A stretch of DNA of 62,218 nucleotides from Solirubrobacteraceae bacterium (GTDB taxonomy: Bacteria > Actinomycetota > Thermoleophilia > Solirubrobacterales > Solirubrobacteraceae), in assembly GCA_036259975.1 (NCBI GenBank), contig DATAAR010000058.1, forward strand, positions 1 to 62,218. The letters run 5' to 3'. Below, in pieces: positions 20,546 to 29,155 of the stretch. The number at the start of each line of letters is the position of its first letter. Positions within the stretch are counted from its first letter, which is position 1. Under the pieces are notes generated by a model. The model saw nothing but the letters and a program-made list of their open reading frames with translations. It had not been told where the DNA came from and ran no database searches. The position numbers and the translations under genes are program-made.

Positions 20546-22588
20546 GTGCCCATCGCCCAGGTCGAGCCGCTCACCACGGCCCGTGCGCTGCGCGGGCCGT
20601 TCGACTACGAGCGCCCCGACGGGGTGCGCGTGGGCTCGGTGCTGGTCGTGCCGTTCGGGCGCCGGGAAGTGGTGGGAGTGGTCACCGGCGTGGCCGACGC
20701 GTCCGAGCACGACGTGGTCGCCCCGCGGCGGGTCCTCGACGCCGAGCTGCCCCCCGACCTGGTCGACCTCGCGCTGTGGATGGCGCGCGAGTACTGCTCG
20801 ACGCCGGCCCGCGCGCTCTCGCTGCTGCTGCCGCCGAAGGGCACGCGGCCGAAGACCGCGCTGTGGGCCGCGCCCGCGCGCCCGCCCGGCGAGGACGAGC
20901 GGCTCACCCCCCGCCAGCGCGCGTTGCTCGAGTCGCTGCCGCGCTTCACGGGGCCGGACACCGCGGCGCTGCGGCGCCTGGAGGGCCGCGGGCTGGTCGC
21001 GATCGAGTCGCGGGTCGTGCGGCGTGCGCCGCTGCACGTGCCGGTCGGCGCGCGCGGCCCGCGGCGCGCGCTGACCGGCGCCCAGCGCGAGGCGCTTCAC
21101 GCCATCCGCGCCGCGGCGCCGGGCGAGGGGCTCCTCCTGCACGGCGTCACCGGCTCGGGCAAGACCGAGGTCTACCTGCAGGCGGCGGCCGACACGCTCG
21201 ACCGCGGGCGATCGGTGATCGTGCTCGTGCCCGAGATCGCGCTGACGCCGCAGATCGTGGCGCGCTTCGTGGAGCGCTTCGGCGACACGGTGGCGGTCCT
21301 GCACTCGCGCCTGTCCGCGGGCGAGCGCCACGACGAATGGGCGCGCCTGCGCCGCGGGGAGGCGCGGGTGTGCGTTGGACCGCGCTCGGCGGTGTTCGCG
21401 CCGCTGGCGGACCTCGGGCTGGTCGTCGTCGACGAGGAGCACGACGCCTCCTACAAGAACGAGGGCGATCCGCGCTACGACGCGCGGCGGGTCGCCGAGC
21501 ACCGCGCGCGGACGGCCGGCGCCGTGCTCGTGGCGGGCAGCGCCACCCCGCGGCCGGAGAGCGTCCACGCGCTGCGGCGCCTGCGGCTGCCCGAGCGCGT
21601 GGATGGCCGGTCGCTGCCGCCCGTCGAGATCGTCGACATGCGGCAGGCGCGCCGGGCGATCCACCCGCGCACGCACGACGCGCTCGCCGCCGCGCGCAAG
21701 GCGATAGTCCTGCTCAACCGCCGGGGGTGGTCGAACTTCCTGACCTGCCGCTCGTGCGGGCGGGCATGGGAGTGCCCGTCCTGCGACGTCACGCTCGTGA
21801 TGCACCGGGCCGAGGGGCTGCTGGCGTGCCACCACTGCGGCCACCGGGAGCGGGTCCCGCCGCGCTGCGAGGCGTGCGGGTCGGTGTCCGTCGCGCGGCA
21901 CGGCACGGGGACCGAGCGCCTCGAGTCGGAGCTCGCGCTCGGGCCCGTGTTCCGCCTGGACGCCGACGTCGGGGACGCCGCGGCGGTGCTCGCGCGCTTC
22001 GAGGCGGCCGACCGCGGGATCCTGGTCGGCACGCAGATGGTGGCGAAGGGGCACGACTTCCCCGACGTGGACCTCGGCGTGGTCCTCGACGCGGACGCCA
22101 CCCTGCGGTTCCCCGACTTCCGGGCCGAGGAGCGGACCTTCGCGCTCGTCACGCAGCTCGCCGGGCGCGCGGGCCGCGGCGCCGCGGGCGGCCGGGTGCT
22201 GGTCCAGACGCTCGCGCCCGAGGCACCGTCGATCCGGCTCGCCGCGCGCCACGACGCGGACGCGTTCGTGGCCGCCGAGCTCGAGCGCCGCGCCGCGCTG
22301 CGCTACCCGCCGTTCTCGACGCTCGTGCGGATCGTGTGCTCGTCCGAGCGCGGCGGCGCTGCCCACGCGGCGGCTGCGGCGGTCCGTGCGCGGCTGGACG
22401 GCGCCGCCGGCGCGGCGCTCGGGCCTGCGCCGCTCTTCCGCCTGCGCGGCCGCGAGCGCAGTCAGGTCGTGGTCAAGGCGGCCGAGCGCGCCGCGGCCGT
22501 GGCGGCGATCGGCGCCGCGGTCGACGCCGTGGCGGCCGACCGCGCGCACCGCGCCGCGAGCTTCAGCGTGGACGTCGACCCGCAGTAG
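20546..22588 (+). CDS. priA: primosomal protein N' (replication restart helicase PriA)
   Basis: VPIAQVEPLTTARALRGPFDYERP (typical N-terminus), Walker A GVTGSGKTEVYL, DEEHD box, and a Cys-rich zinc region CRSCGRAWECPSCDVTLVMH...CHHCGH...CEACGS. GTG 20546 is preferred to the track start 20477, which would be antisense to the PH-domain gene. Confidence 0.85.
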   Translation: MPIAQVEPLTTARALRGPFDYERPDGVRVGSVLVVPFGRREVVGVVTGVADASEHDVVAPRRVLDAELPPDLVDLALWMAREYCSTPARALSLLLPPKGTRPKTALWAAPARPPGEDERLTPRQRALLESLPRFTGPDTAALRRLEGRGLVAIESRVVRRAPLHVPVGARGPRRALTGAQREALHAIRAAAPGEGLLLHGVTGSGKTEVYLQAAADTLDRGRSVIVLVPEIALTPQIVARFVERFGDTVAVLHSRLSAGERHDEWARLRRGEARVCVGPRSAVFAPLADLGLVVVDEEHDASYKNEGDPRYDARRVAEHRARTAGAVLVAGSATPRPESVHALRRLRLPERVDGRSLPPVEIVDMRQARRAIHPRTHDALAAARKAIVLLNRRGWSNFLTCRSCGRAWECPSCDVTLVMHRAEGLLACHHCGHRERVPPRCEACGSVSVARHGTGTERLESELALGPVFRLDADVGDAAAVLARFEAADRGILVGTQMVAKGHDFPDVDLGVVLDADATLRFPDFRAEERTFALVTQLAGRAGRGAAGGRVLVQTLAPEAPSIRLAARHDADAFVAAELERRAALRYPPFSTLVRIVCSSERGGAAHAAAAAVRARLDGAAGAALGPAPLFRLRGRERSQVVVKAAERAAAVAAIGAAVDAVAADRAHRAASFSVDVDPQ

Positions 22589-22696
22589 GGCTCCTGCGTG
22601 GGCGGCGTTCCGCTCCGGCCGCCGCGGCGCGCGAAGCGTGAGCGGACGGCGCACCGAGGGTGGACGGGACGGCAGGTGCGTGGTCGCTTGGTCGGG

Positions 22697-22741
22697 CCTG
22701 GGACGAGTTGACGACGAATGGCGTCGTCAGTTCGTCCCAGG
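22697..22741 (+). other. 20-bp uninterrupted RNA hairpin (5-nt loop) in the priA-def spacer
   Basis: CCTGGGACGAGTTGACGACG-aatgg-CGTCGTCAGTTCGTCCCAGG. All 20 positions pair on the plus-strand RNA, 18 as Watson-Crick pairs and 2 as G-U. On the minus strand those two positions become A-C mismatches. Confidence 0.6.
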
Positions 22742-22951
22742 GGATGCCGGCGCGGGCCGAGCCGCTGCGCAGCGCCGCAAACGCGCCCGCCGCGCGCGCC
22801 CCATGACTGTGGCGCACGCGGCCGCGCGACGTGTCCCCCCCGGGTTGGCGTCGATCCCGACCCCGCACCTCCGCGACCGTAGTCGGAACGCCCGCGTTCA
22901 TGCACTCGGACATCCGTCCAGCGTCCGCGGACGGGTACCCTGACCAGAGCC

Positions 22952-23542
22952 ATGGCCGAAGAGCAGCCCGACGCCGAAGTCCTCGACGACGCGCCCGAGG
23001 AGGACCGCCTCGACCCCGAGCTCGCCGCCCGTCGGGCGGTGGCGCTCGCCCACATCCGCAAGTACGGCGATCCGGTGCTGCGCGCGTCGGCGCGCCCGGT
23101 GGAGGTCTTCGACGACGCGCTGCGCGACGAGATCGCGCGGATGGGCCGGCTGATGCACGACTCGATGGGCATCGGCCTGGCCGCGACCCAGGTCGGGACG
23201 CTGCACCGCGTCCTGGTGTACCGCGTGGAGCACGACAGCCCGATCAACGCGCTGGTCAACCCGCAGCTCGAGTGGTCGGGCTCGGAGAAGGAGTGGATGG
23301 AGGAGGGCTGCCTCAGCCTGCCCGGCGTCCACGTCGACGTCGAGCGCCCCGTCCGCGTCCGCGTCCGCGCCCGCGACGCGCAGGGCGACGACATCCTGGT
23401 CGAGGCCTCGGGGCTCGAGGCGCGCGTGATCCAGCACGAGATGGACCACCTCGACGGCGTCCTGATCCTCGACCGCACGCCACGCGACCAGCGCAAGGAC
23501 GCCATGCGCATCCTGCGCGAGCAGTCCGAGGCCGCCGCGTAG
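22952..23542 (+). CDS. def: peptide deformylase
   Basis: 196 aa: GIGLAATQVG, EGCLSLPG, QHEMDHLDG (the three PDF motifs). Confidence 0.9.
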   Translation: MAEEQPDAEVLDDAPEEDRLDPELAARRAVALAHIRKYGDPVLRASARPVEVFDDALRDEIARMGRLMHDSMGIGLAATQVGTLHRVLVYRVEHDSPINALVNPQLEWSGSEKEWMEEGCLSLPGVHVDVERPVRVRVRARDAQGDDILVEASGLEARVIQHEMDHLDGVLILDRTPRDQRKDAMRILREQSEAAA

Positions 23543-23560
23543 CCCTCCCGGCGCGGCGCC

Positions 23561-24388
23561 GTGCGCACCGTCTACCTGGGCACCTCGCCGTTCGCGGCCC
23601 ACGTGCTCGAGCGCCTGGCCGAGGGCCCCCACCGCCCGGCACTCGTCGTCACCCGGCCCGACCGGCCGGCCGGCCGGGGGCGGAAGCTCACGCCGCCGCC
23701 GGTCGCCGACACGGCCCGCGCGCTCGGGCTCGATCTCGACCAGCCCGAGGACGTCAACGCGCCTGAGGCGCGCGCCCGCATCGCCGCGGCCGAGCCCGAC
23801 GTGGTCGCCGTGTGCGCGTTCGGCGCGCTCCTCGGCGAGCCGCTCTTGAGCGACTTCGAGATGCTCAACATCCACCCCTCGCTGCTGCCCCGCTGGCGCG
23901 GCGCCGCGCCGATCGAGCGCGCGATCATGGCCGGCGACGAGCGGACCGGCGTGTCGATCATGCGCGTCACCGCCGGCCTCGACAGCGGGCCGGTGTGCCT
24001 GGCCGCGACCGAGCCGATCCGGCCCGACGACACGTACGGCAGCCTGACCCCGCGCCTGGAGGCGCTCGGCGCCGAGCTGCTGCAGCGCGCGCTGGACGAG
24101 CGCCCGGACTGCACCGAGCAGGACGAGGCGCTGGTCACGTACGCCGAGAAGATCGGCGCGGCCGACCGCACCCTGGACCCGGCCGCGCCCGCCGAGCACC
24201 AGGCGCGGGTCGTGCGCGCCCTGCACCCGCACATCGGCGCGCGGCTCGCGCTCGACGACGGCAGCTACCTCGGCGTGCACCGCGCCCGGGTCGGGCCCGA
24301 CGGGAGCCTGGAGCTGCTCGAGGTGCAGCCACCGGGCGGGCGGCCGATGCCGTACGCCGACTACGTCCGCGGGCACGCGGCGCGATGA
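23561..24388 (+). CDS. fmt: methionyl-tRNA formyltransferase
   Basis: 275 aa: RTVYLGTSPFA...VVTRPDRPAGRGRKLTPPPV...LNIHPSLLPRWRGAAPIERAI. Confidence 0.9.
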   Translation: MRTVYLGTSPFAAHVLERLAEGPHRPALVVTRPDRPAGRGRKLTPPPVADTARALGLDLDQPEDVNAPEARARIAAAEPDVVAVCAFGALLGEPLLSDFEMLNIHPSLLPRWRGAAPIERAIMAGDERTGVSIMRVTAGLDSGPVCLAATEPIRPDDTYGSLTPRLEALGAELLQRALDERPDCTEQDEALVTYAEKIGAADRTLDPAAPAEHQARVVRALHPHIGARLALDDGSYLGVHRARVGPDGSLELLEVQPPGGRPMPYADYVRGHAAR

Positions 24389-25137
24389 CCGGCGACGACG
24401 TCGAGCTCGCCGTGCGCGCGGTCCGGGCGGGCGCCGCCGCCGCGCGCGCCGAGGCCGACGGAGGGCTGGACGTGCGCGCCAAGGGCTCGCCGGCGGACCT
24501 CGTCAGCCGCGCCGACACGGCCTCGGAGGCGGCGATCGTCGGGCTCCTGCGCGCGGAGCGCCCGGCCGACGCGATCGTCGGGGAAGAGGGCGCGCTCGTC
24601 GCGGGCGGCGCCCGGCGCTGGCTCGTGGACGGCATCGACGGCACGTTCAACTTCGTCTCCGGGATCCCGCACTGGTGCGTCGCGGTGGGCTTGGAGGAGG
24701 ACGGCGTGCCGGTGGCCGGCGCCGTCTACGACCCGAACGCCGACGAGCTCTTCGCCGCCGGTCCGGGCCGGCCCACGACGCGCGACGGCGAGCGCGTGGC
24801 GGTGCGCGACGGGCGCGCGCTCGAGCAGGCCGCCGTCGCCACGTACCTGCGCGCCGACAAGGGCGCCGATCGCGGCGCGACGCTCGCGCGCCTGGAGGAG
24901 CGCGTCGGCATCCTGCGCACCGGCGGCGCCGGCAGCCTCGAGCTCGCCTGGGTCGCGGCCGGCCGGGTCGACGCGTGGGCGCAGCCGAACGTCAGCCCGT
25001 GGGACTGGGTGCCGGGGGCGGCGCTGGTCGCGCACGCGGGCGGGCGGACCGCGGTGCTCGCCGGCGATCCCGCCTGGCACCTGGCCGGGCCGCCTGCGCT
25101 GGTCGACGAGCTCGCCGCGCTCGTGCCGCGGCGCTGA
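24385..25137 (+). CDS. inositol monophosphatase-family phosphatase (SuhB/ImpA/HisN-like)
   Basis: 250 aa: KGSPADLVSRADTASE...IVGEEG...WLVDGIDGTFNF (metal motif)...GAGSLELAWVAAGRVDA...WDWVPGA. ATGA overlap with fmt. Confidence 0.8.
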   Translation: MTGDDVELAVRAVRAGAAAARAEADGGLDVRAKGSPADLVSRADTASEAAIVGLLRAERPADAIVGEEGALVAGGARRWLVDGIDGTFNFVSGIPHWCVAVGLEEDGVPVAGAVYDPNADELFAAGPGRPTTRDGERVAVRDGRALEQAAVATYLRADKGADRGATLARLEERVGILRTGGAGSLELAWVAAGRVDAWAQPNVSPWDWVPGAALVAHAGGRTAVLAGDPAWHLAGPPALVDELAALVPRR

Positions 25138-25161
25138 TGCGCGCGTCGGGCCGGCGCGGCG

Positions 25162-27156
25162 TCAGGCCAGCGCGACGGCCGGGCGCTGCGGCCGGGCCTC
25201 GAACACGGCCATGAATGCGTCGACGACAGCCGGGTCGAACTGGCTGCCCGCGCAGCGCTGCAGCTCGGCGAGCGCCTCATCGACGGGCCCCGCGCCGCGG
25301 TAGGCGCGCATCGTGGTCATCGCGTCGAACGTGTCGCAGACGGAGACGATCCGTGCGCCTAGGGGGATTTCCGCCCCGGCGAGGCCATCGGGGTAGCCGC
25401 CGCCGTCCCAGCGCTCGTGGCTGGAGCGGACCATCTCGGCCACGCGCGCCATCTCCGGCGCCGCGCCGATGATGCGCGCGCCGATGATGGTGTGCTGGCG
25501 CATGTACTCCCACTCGTCCTCGGTGAGCGCGCGCGGTGCGTGGAGGATCGCGTCGGGGATCGCGACCTTGCCGATGTCGTGCAGCGCCGCGGCCCGGCGG
25601 ACGTCGGCCACGTCGCGGTCGTCGAGCCCGAGCCGGCGGGCGACCCGCTCGGCCAGCTGCGCGACGTCGTCGACATGGTCGCGCAGTGCGCCGTCGTGCT
25701 CGCCGAGGACGCGCAGGAGCACCTGGTGGACCATCTCCTCGCGCGTCTGGCGCCCGCCGTGCTTGTTCGCGTACATGCGCTGGTCGGCGAGGCGCAGGGC
25801 CTCGGCCGGATCGCCGACCCGCTCGAGGACCACGGTGCCATGCGAGCAGCCGACGTTGAAGCGCTCGCCGCGCTCGGTCAGCGCGGCGCTCGCGTCGGCG
25901 ATCACCGTGTCGCTGTCGCCGTCGGCCACGAGCACGAGCACGCAGAACTCGTCGCCGCCCATGCGATAGGCGCCGCCGCGGCCGTTCAGCGTGGCAGCGA
26001 GGTTGCGACCGAGGCGCTCGAGCAGCGCGTCGCCCGCCGGGTGGCCGAACGCGTCGTTGTAGGACTTGAAGCCGTCGAGGTCGAACAGCACGAGCACGTG
26101 GCTGTGGCCCGGGACGTCGACGCCCGCGGCCGCCTGCAGGTCGCGCAGCAGCGCGCGGCGGTTGCCGAGCCCGGTGAGCGCGTCCGTGGTCGCCTCGAAC
26201 TCGCTCTCGCGCAGCATGCGCACGTTCTCGCGGAAGGTGAGCGCGAAGCGCGCGACGACCACGAGCCCGGTGGCGGCGGCCAGCCACAGCGCCAGCTGGT
26301 TGATCCGGGAGTAGTGGTCGAGGACCAGCATGCCGAGCGGGACGACGGCCAGCACCCCGGGCACGACGAGCATGCCCCAGCCGCGCAGGTGGCCGGCGTC
26401 GAGGCGCTTCGGCGGCTGCCAGGCCGCGAACGCGAGGATCATGAAGGAGGCCGGCCAGCCGGTGTCGAGCAGGGTGTTCTCCTCGTAGGTGCCAACGGCG
26501 GACTGGTACAGGTAGATCGTGTCGGCGACCGCGAAGACGGCGAAGCCGAGCGCGATCAGCGCCCACGTGCGGCCCGCGCGCCAGCCGGTGACGGTCATGA
26601 CCGCGAAGACGAACGCCAGCATCGCGAGGTCGCCGAGCGGATAGCCGAGGTTCGTCGCGACCGCCGCGAACGAGCCGTCGATGCTCGCCACGACGCCGAA
26701 GACGAGCGCGGCGCCGAGCGCGGCGACCGACAGCGCGGCGATCAGCCCGTCCAGCCACAGCGTCGAGGACACGCGGCCGGCGCGAGCGCGCAGCAGCAGC
26801 ACGAGCGCGACGTACGCGCCGGGGTAGATCGCGAGGTAGCCGGCGTCCGCGGGCGACGGGTACGGCGGCTCGTCGAGGCCCGCTAGCACGAGCGTCCAGT
26901 ACAGGTCGCCGGCGGCGAAGCCGGCCAGGCCGAGCGTCAGCGCGATCCAGGATGCGCGCTCCGACCCGCGCGTGGTGGCCGCGCGCAGGCCGACGGTCGC
27001 GACGGCGAGCAGCTCGACGAGGTTGTAGACCTTGTCCCAGCCCCACGACCAGACCGGGGACTCGACGCCGAGGTCGCGCACGAGCACGGCGACGAAGCTG
27101 ATCACCGTCGCGGCGAGCAGCAGCCGAGCCGACCGAGGGGTAGAGGGCGAAGACAC
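25162..27156 (-). CDS. membrane sensor with GGDEF (diguanylate cyclase) and HD-GYP (c-di-GMP phosphodiesterase) domains
   Basis: 664 aa from GTG 27156. About 8 N-terminal hydrophobic segments come first. The GGDEF domain follows (TDALTGLGNRRAL...FDLDGFKSYNDAFGHPAGD...YRMGGDEF). The HD-GYP domain is last (AALHDIGKVAIPD...SSHERWDGGGYPDG...IVSVCDTFDAMT). Confidence 0.85.
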   Translation of the reverse strand: MSSPSTPRSARLLLAATVISFVAVLVRDLGVESPVWSWGWDKVYNLVELLAVATVGLRAATTRGSERASWIALTLGLAGFAAGDLYWTLVLAGLDEPPYPSPADAGYLAIYPGAYVALVLLLRARAGRVSSTLWLDGLIAALSVAALGAALVFGVVASIDGSFAAVATNLGYPLGDLAMLAFVFAVMTVTGWRAGRTWALIALGFAVFAVADTIYLYQSAVGTYEENTLLDTGWPASFMILAFAAWQPPKRLDAGHLRGWGMLVVPGVLAVVPLGMLVLDHYSRINQLALWLAAATGLVVVARFALTFRENVRMLRESEFEATTDALTGLGNRRALLRDLQAAAGVDVPGHSHVLVLFDLDGFKSYNDAFGHPAGDALLERLGRNLAATLNGRGGAYRMGGDEFCVLVLVADGDSDTVIADASAALTERGERFNVGCSHGTVVLERVGDPAEALRLADQRMYANKHGGRQTREEMVHQVLLRVLGEHDGALRDHVDDVAQLAERVARRLGLDDRDVADVRRAAALHDIGKVAIPDAILHAPRALTEDEWEYMRQHTIIGARIIGAAPEMARVAEMVRSSHERWDGGGYPDGLAGAEIPLGARIVSVCDTFDAMTTMRAYRGAGPVDEALAELQRCAGSQFDPAVVDAFMAVFEARPQRPAVALA

Positions 27157-27245
27157 CTTCGCGTGATCGGCAGGTACGCGGGCGCTTTGAGCGGCGCCCG
27201 GAGTGCGATGCCATGCGGGGCCGGCCGGTGCGGGGACCGCCCCGC

Positions 27246-27481
27246 TCAGCGCGGCGCGCCCCGCCGGCGGCTGCGCTCCCGGTCGCTGAAGCCGCCCTCG
27301 TCGGCGGAGACCTCGCCGTCGCGGACCTCGACGATGCGGTCCGCGATGCGGTCGAGGAAGTACCGGTCGTGGCTCACCGCGATGACCGTGCCGTCGTAGC
27401 CCTCGAGCGCGGCCTCGAGCGCCGCGACGCCGGGATATCGAGGTGCTTCGTGGGCTCGTCGAGCACCACGCGGTGCGGTAG
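27246..27481 (-). pseudogene. 5'-truncated, frameshifted remnant of an ABC-F/ABC ATPase (Walker B to C-terminus only)
   Basis: One frame reads LPHRVVLDEPTKHLDI (27434-27481). The adjacent frame continues GVAALEAALEGYDGTVIAVSHDRYFLDRIADRIVEVRDGEV...* (27246-27431). The shift is at about 27432. No Walker A or signature motif lies upstream, because the TPP-enzyme gene starts head-to-head 12 nt away. Confidence 0.7.
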
Positions 27482-27493
27482 CGTCGCGCCGCG

Positions 27494-29131
27494 ATGAGGG
27501 TCGTCGAAGTCGTCGCGCGCTGCCTGACCGAAGCCGGGGCCGACACCGTGTTCGGCGTCGTGGGCAGCGGCAACTTCACCGCGACGGTGAGCCTGCAGGC
27601 CGCGGGCGCGCGGTTCGTCGCCGCCCGCCACGAGAACGGCGCCCTGTGCATGGCCGACGCCTACGCGCGCGTGAGCGGCCGGCTCGGCGTCGCCACGGTC
27701 CACCAGGGTCCGGGGCTCACGAACGCGATGACCGGCCTGACCGAGGCGGCCAAGGCGCGGACGCCGCTCGTGCTCGTCGCCGCCGACACGCCCGCCGGCG
27801 ACGTGCGCTCGAACTTCTACGTCGAGCAGGCCAAGATGGCCGAGGCGGTGGGCGCCGTCCCCGTGCGGGTGAACGGGCCGGCGCGGGCTCACATGGACAC
27901 CATGCGCGCGCTGCGCATCGCGCTCGGGCAGCGCCGCGCGGTGTTGCTGAACCTGCCGCTCGACGTCGCCAACGCGGAGGCCGAGTGGCCCTCGCAGGAC
28001 GGCGCGCTCGCGCTCCCCGCGCCGCCGGCGCCATCGGCCGACGCGGTGGGCGCCGTCGCGGACGCGGTGCAGGCGGCGCAGCGGCCGGTGATCGTCGCCG
28101 GGCGCGGCGCGGTGCTCGCGCACGCCGGGCCCGCGCTCGAGACGCTCGCCGCGGACATCGGGGCGCTGCTCGCGACCTCGGCGATGGGCCACGGGCTGTT
28201 CCGCGGGAACCCGTTCGCGCTGGGCATCAGCGGCGGGTTCGCCTCGCCGCTCGCCGCCGAGCTCATCCGCTCGGCGGACCTGATCCTCGCCTTCGGGGCC
28301 CGGCTCACCCGCTGGACCACTGCCAACGGGGCTCTGATCGCGCCCGCGGCGAAGGTGGTCCAGGTCGATCTCGACGACGGGGCGCTCAGCGACCGCGCCG
28401 ACGTGCCCGTGACCGGCGACGCCGCCGCCATGGCGCGCCTGCTCACCGAGGAGCTGCACCGGCGGAGCCACCGCGCCGGCGGCTTTCGGAGCGACGAGCT
28501 GCGCGAGCGCATCGCCGCCCGGCGCTGGCGCGACGAGCCGTTCGACGACGCCTCGAGCCCACGCCACATCGACCCCCGCGCGCTGAGCATCGCGCTCGAC
28601 GACCTGCTCCCCGAGGAGCGCACGGTGGTCGTCGACTCCGGGCACTTCATGGGCTTCCCGGCGATGTACCTCGCCGTGCCCGACCCCGAGGGGTTCGTCT
28701 TCACCCAGTCGTTCCAGTCGATCGGCCTCGGCCTCGCCAACGCGGTGGGCGCGGCACTCGCGCGCCCCGACCGGCTCACCGTCGCCGCGCTCGGCGACGG
28801 CGGCGCGATGATGGGCCTGCCCGAGCTCGAGACCGCCGCCCGCCTGCGCCTGCCGATCGCGTTCGTGATCTACGACGACAGCGCCTACGGCGCCGAGGTG
28901 CACCACTTCCGCCCGATGGGCCACCCGGTCGAGACCGTCCAGTTCCCCGACACCGACTTCGCCGCGATCGCGCGCGGCATGGGCGCGCACGGCCACACCG
29001 TCCGCACGCTCGAGGATCTGCGGGCGGTCGACGACTGGCTCGCGGGCCCCGACGGCCCCCTGCTGATCGACGCAAAGGTCGACCCCGACGTCTGCGCGGA
29101 ATGGCTCGAGGAGGCCTTCCGCGCGCCCTGA
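27494..29131 (+). CDS. thiamine-pyrophosphate-dependent enzyme (acetolactate synthase/benzoylformate decarboxylase superfamily)
   Basis: 545 aa. N-terminal PYR domain: VVARCLTEAGADTVFGVVGSGNF...RHENGALCMADAYARVSG...GPGLTNAMTGL. C-terminal TPP motif: GDGGAMMGLPELETAARLRLPIAFVIYDDSAYG. Confidence 0.8.
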   Translation: MRVVEVVARCLTEAGADTVFGVVGSGNFTATVSLQAAGARFVAARHENGALCMADAYARVSGRLGVATVHQGPGLTNAMTGLTEAAKARTPLVLVAADTPAGDVRSNFYVEQAKMAEAVGAVPVRVNGPARAHMDTMRALRIALGQRRAVLLNLPLDVANAEAEWPSQDGALALPAPPAPSADAVGAVADAVQAAQRPVIVAGRGAVLAHAGPALETLAADIGALLATSAMGHGLFRGNPFALGISGGFASPLAAELIRSADLILAFGARLTRWTTANGALIAPAAKVVQVDLDDGALSDRADVPVTGDAAAMARLLTEELHRRSHRAGGFRSDELRERIAARRWRDEPFDDASSPRHIDPRALSIALDDLLPEERTVVVDSGHFMGFPAMYLAVPDPEGFVFTQSFQSIGLGLANAVGAALARPDRLTVAALGDGGAMMGLPELETAARLRLPIAFVIYDDSAYGAEVHHFRPMGHPVETVQFPDTDFAAIARGMGAHGHTVRTLEDLRAVDDWLAGPDGPLLIDAKVDPDVCAEWLEEAFRAP

Positions 29132-29155
29132 CACCCAACGCGAGGAGCGCCCCGC

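Noticed and set aside
22563-22913. A 116 aa minus-strand ORF, and the 3' part of the 185 aa plus-strand ORF, in the priA-def spacer.
   Set aside because: Both are low-complexity with no SD and only moderate G/C at third positions. The minus-strand ORF overlaps the priA 3' end, and its middle is simply the reverse reading of the 20-bp hairpin.
27246-27481. Programmed ribosomal frameshifting as an explanation for the two-frame ABC-F sequence.
   Set aside because: The entire N-terminal part, including both Walker A motifs, is absent, and another gene occupies the space. Decay is far more likely than recoding.
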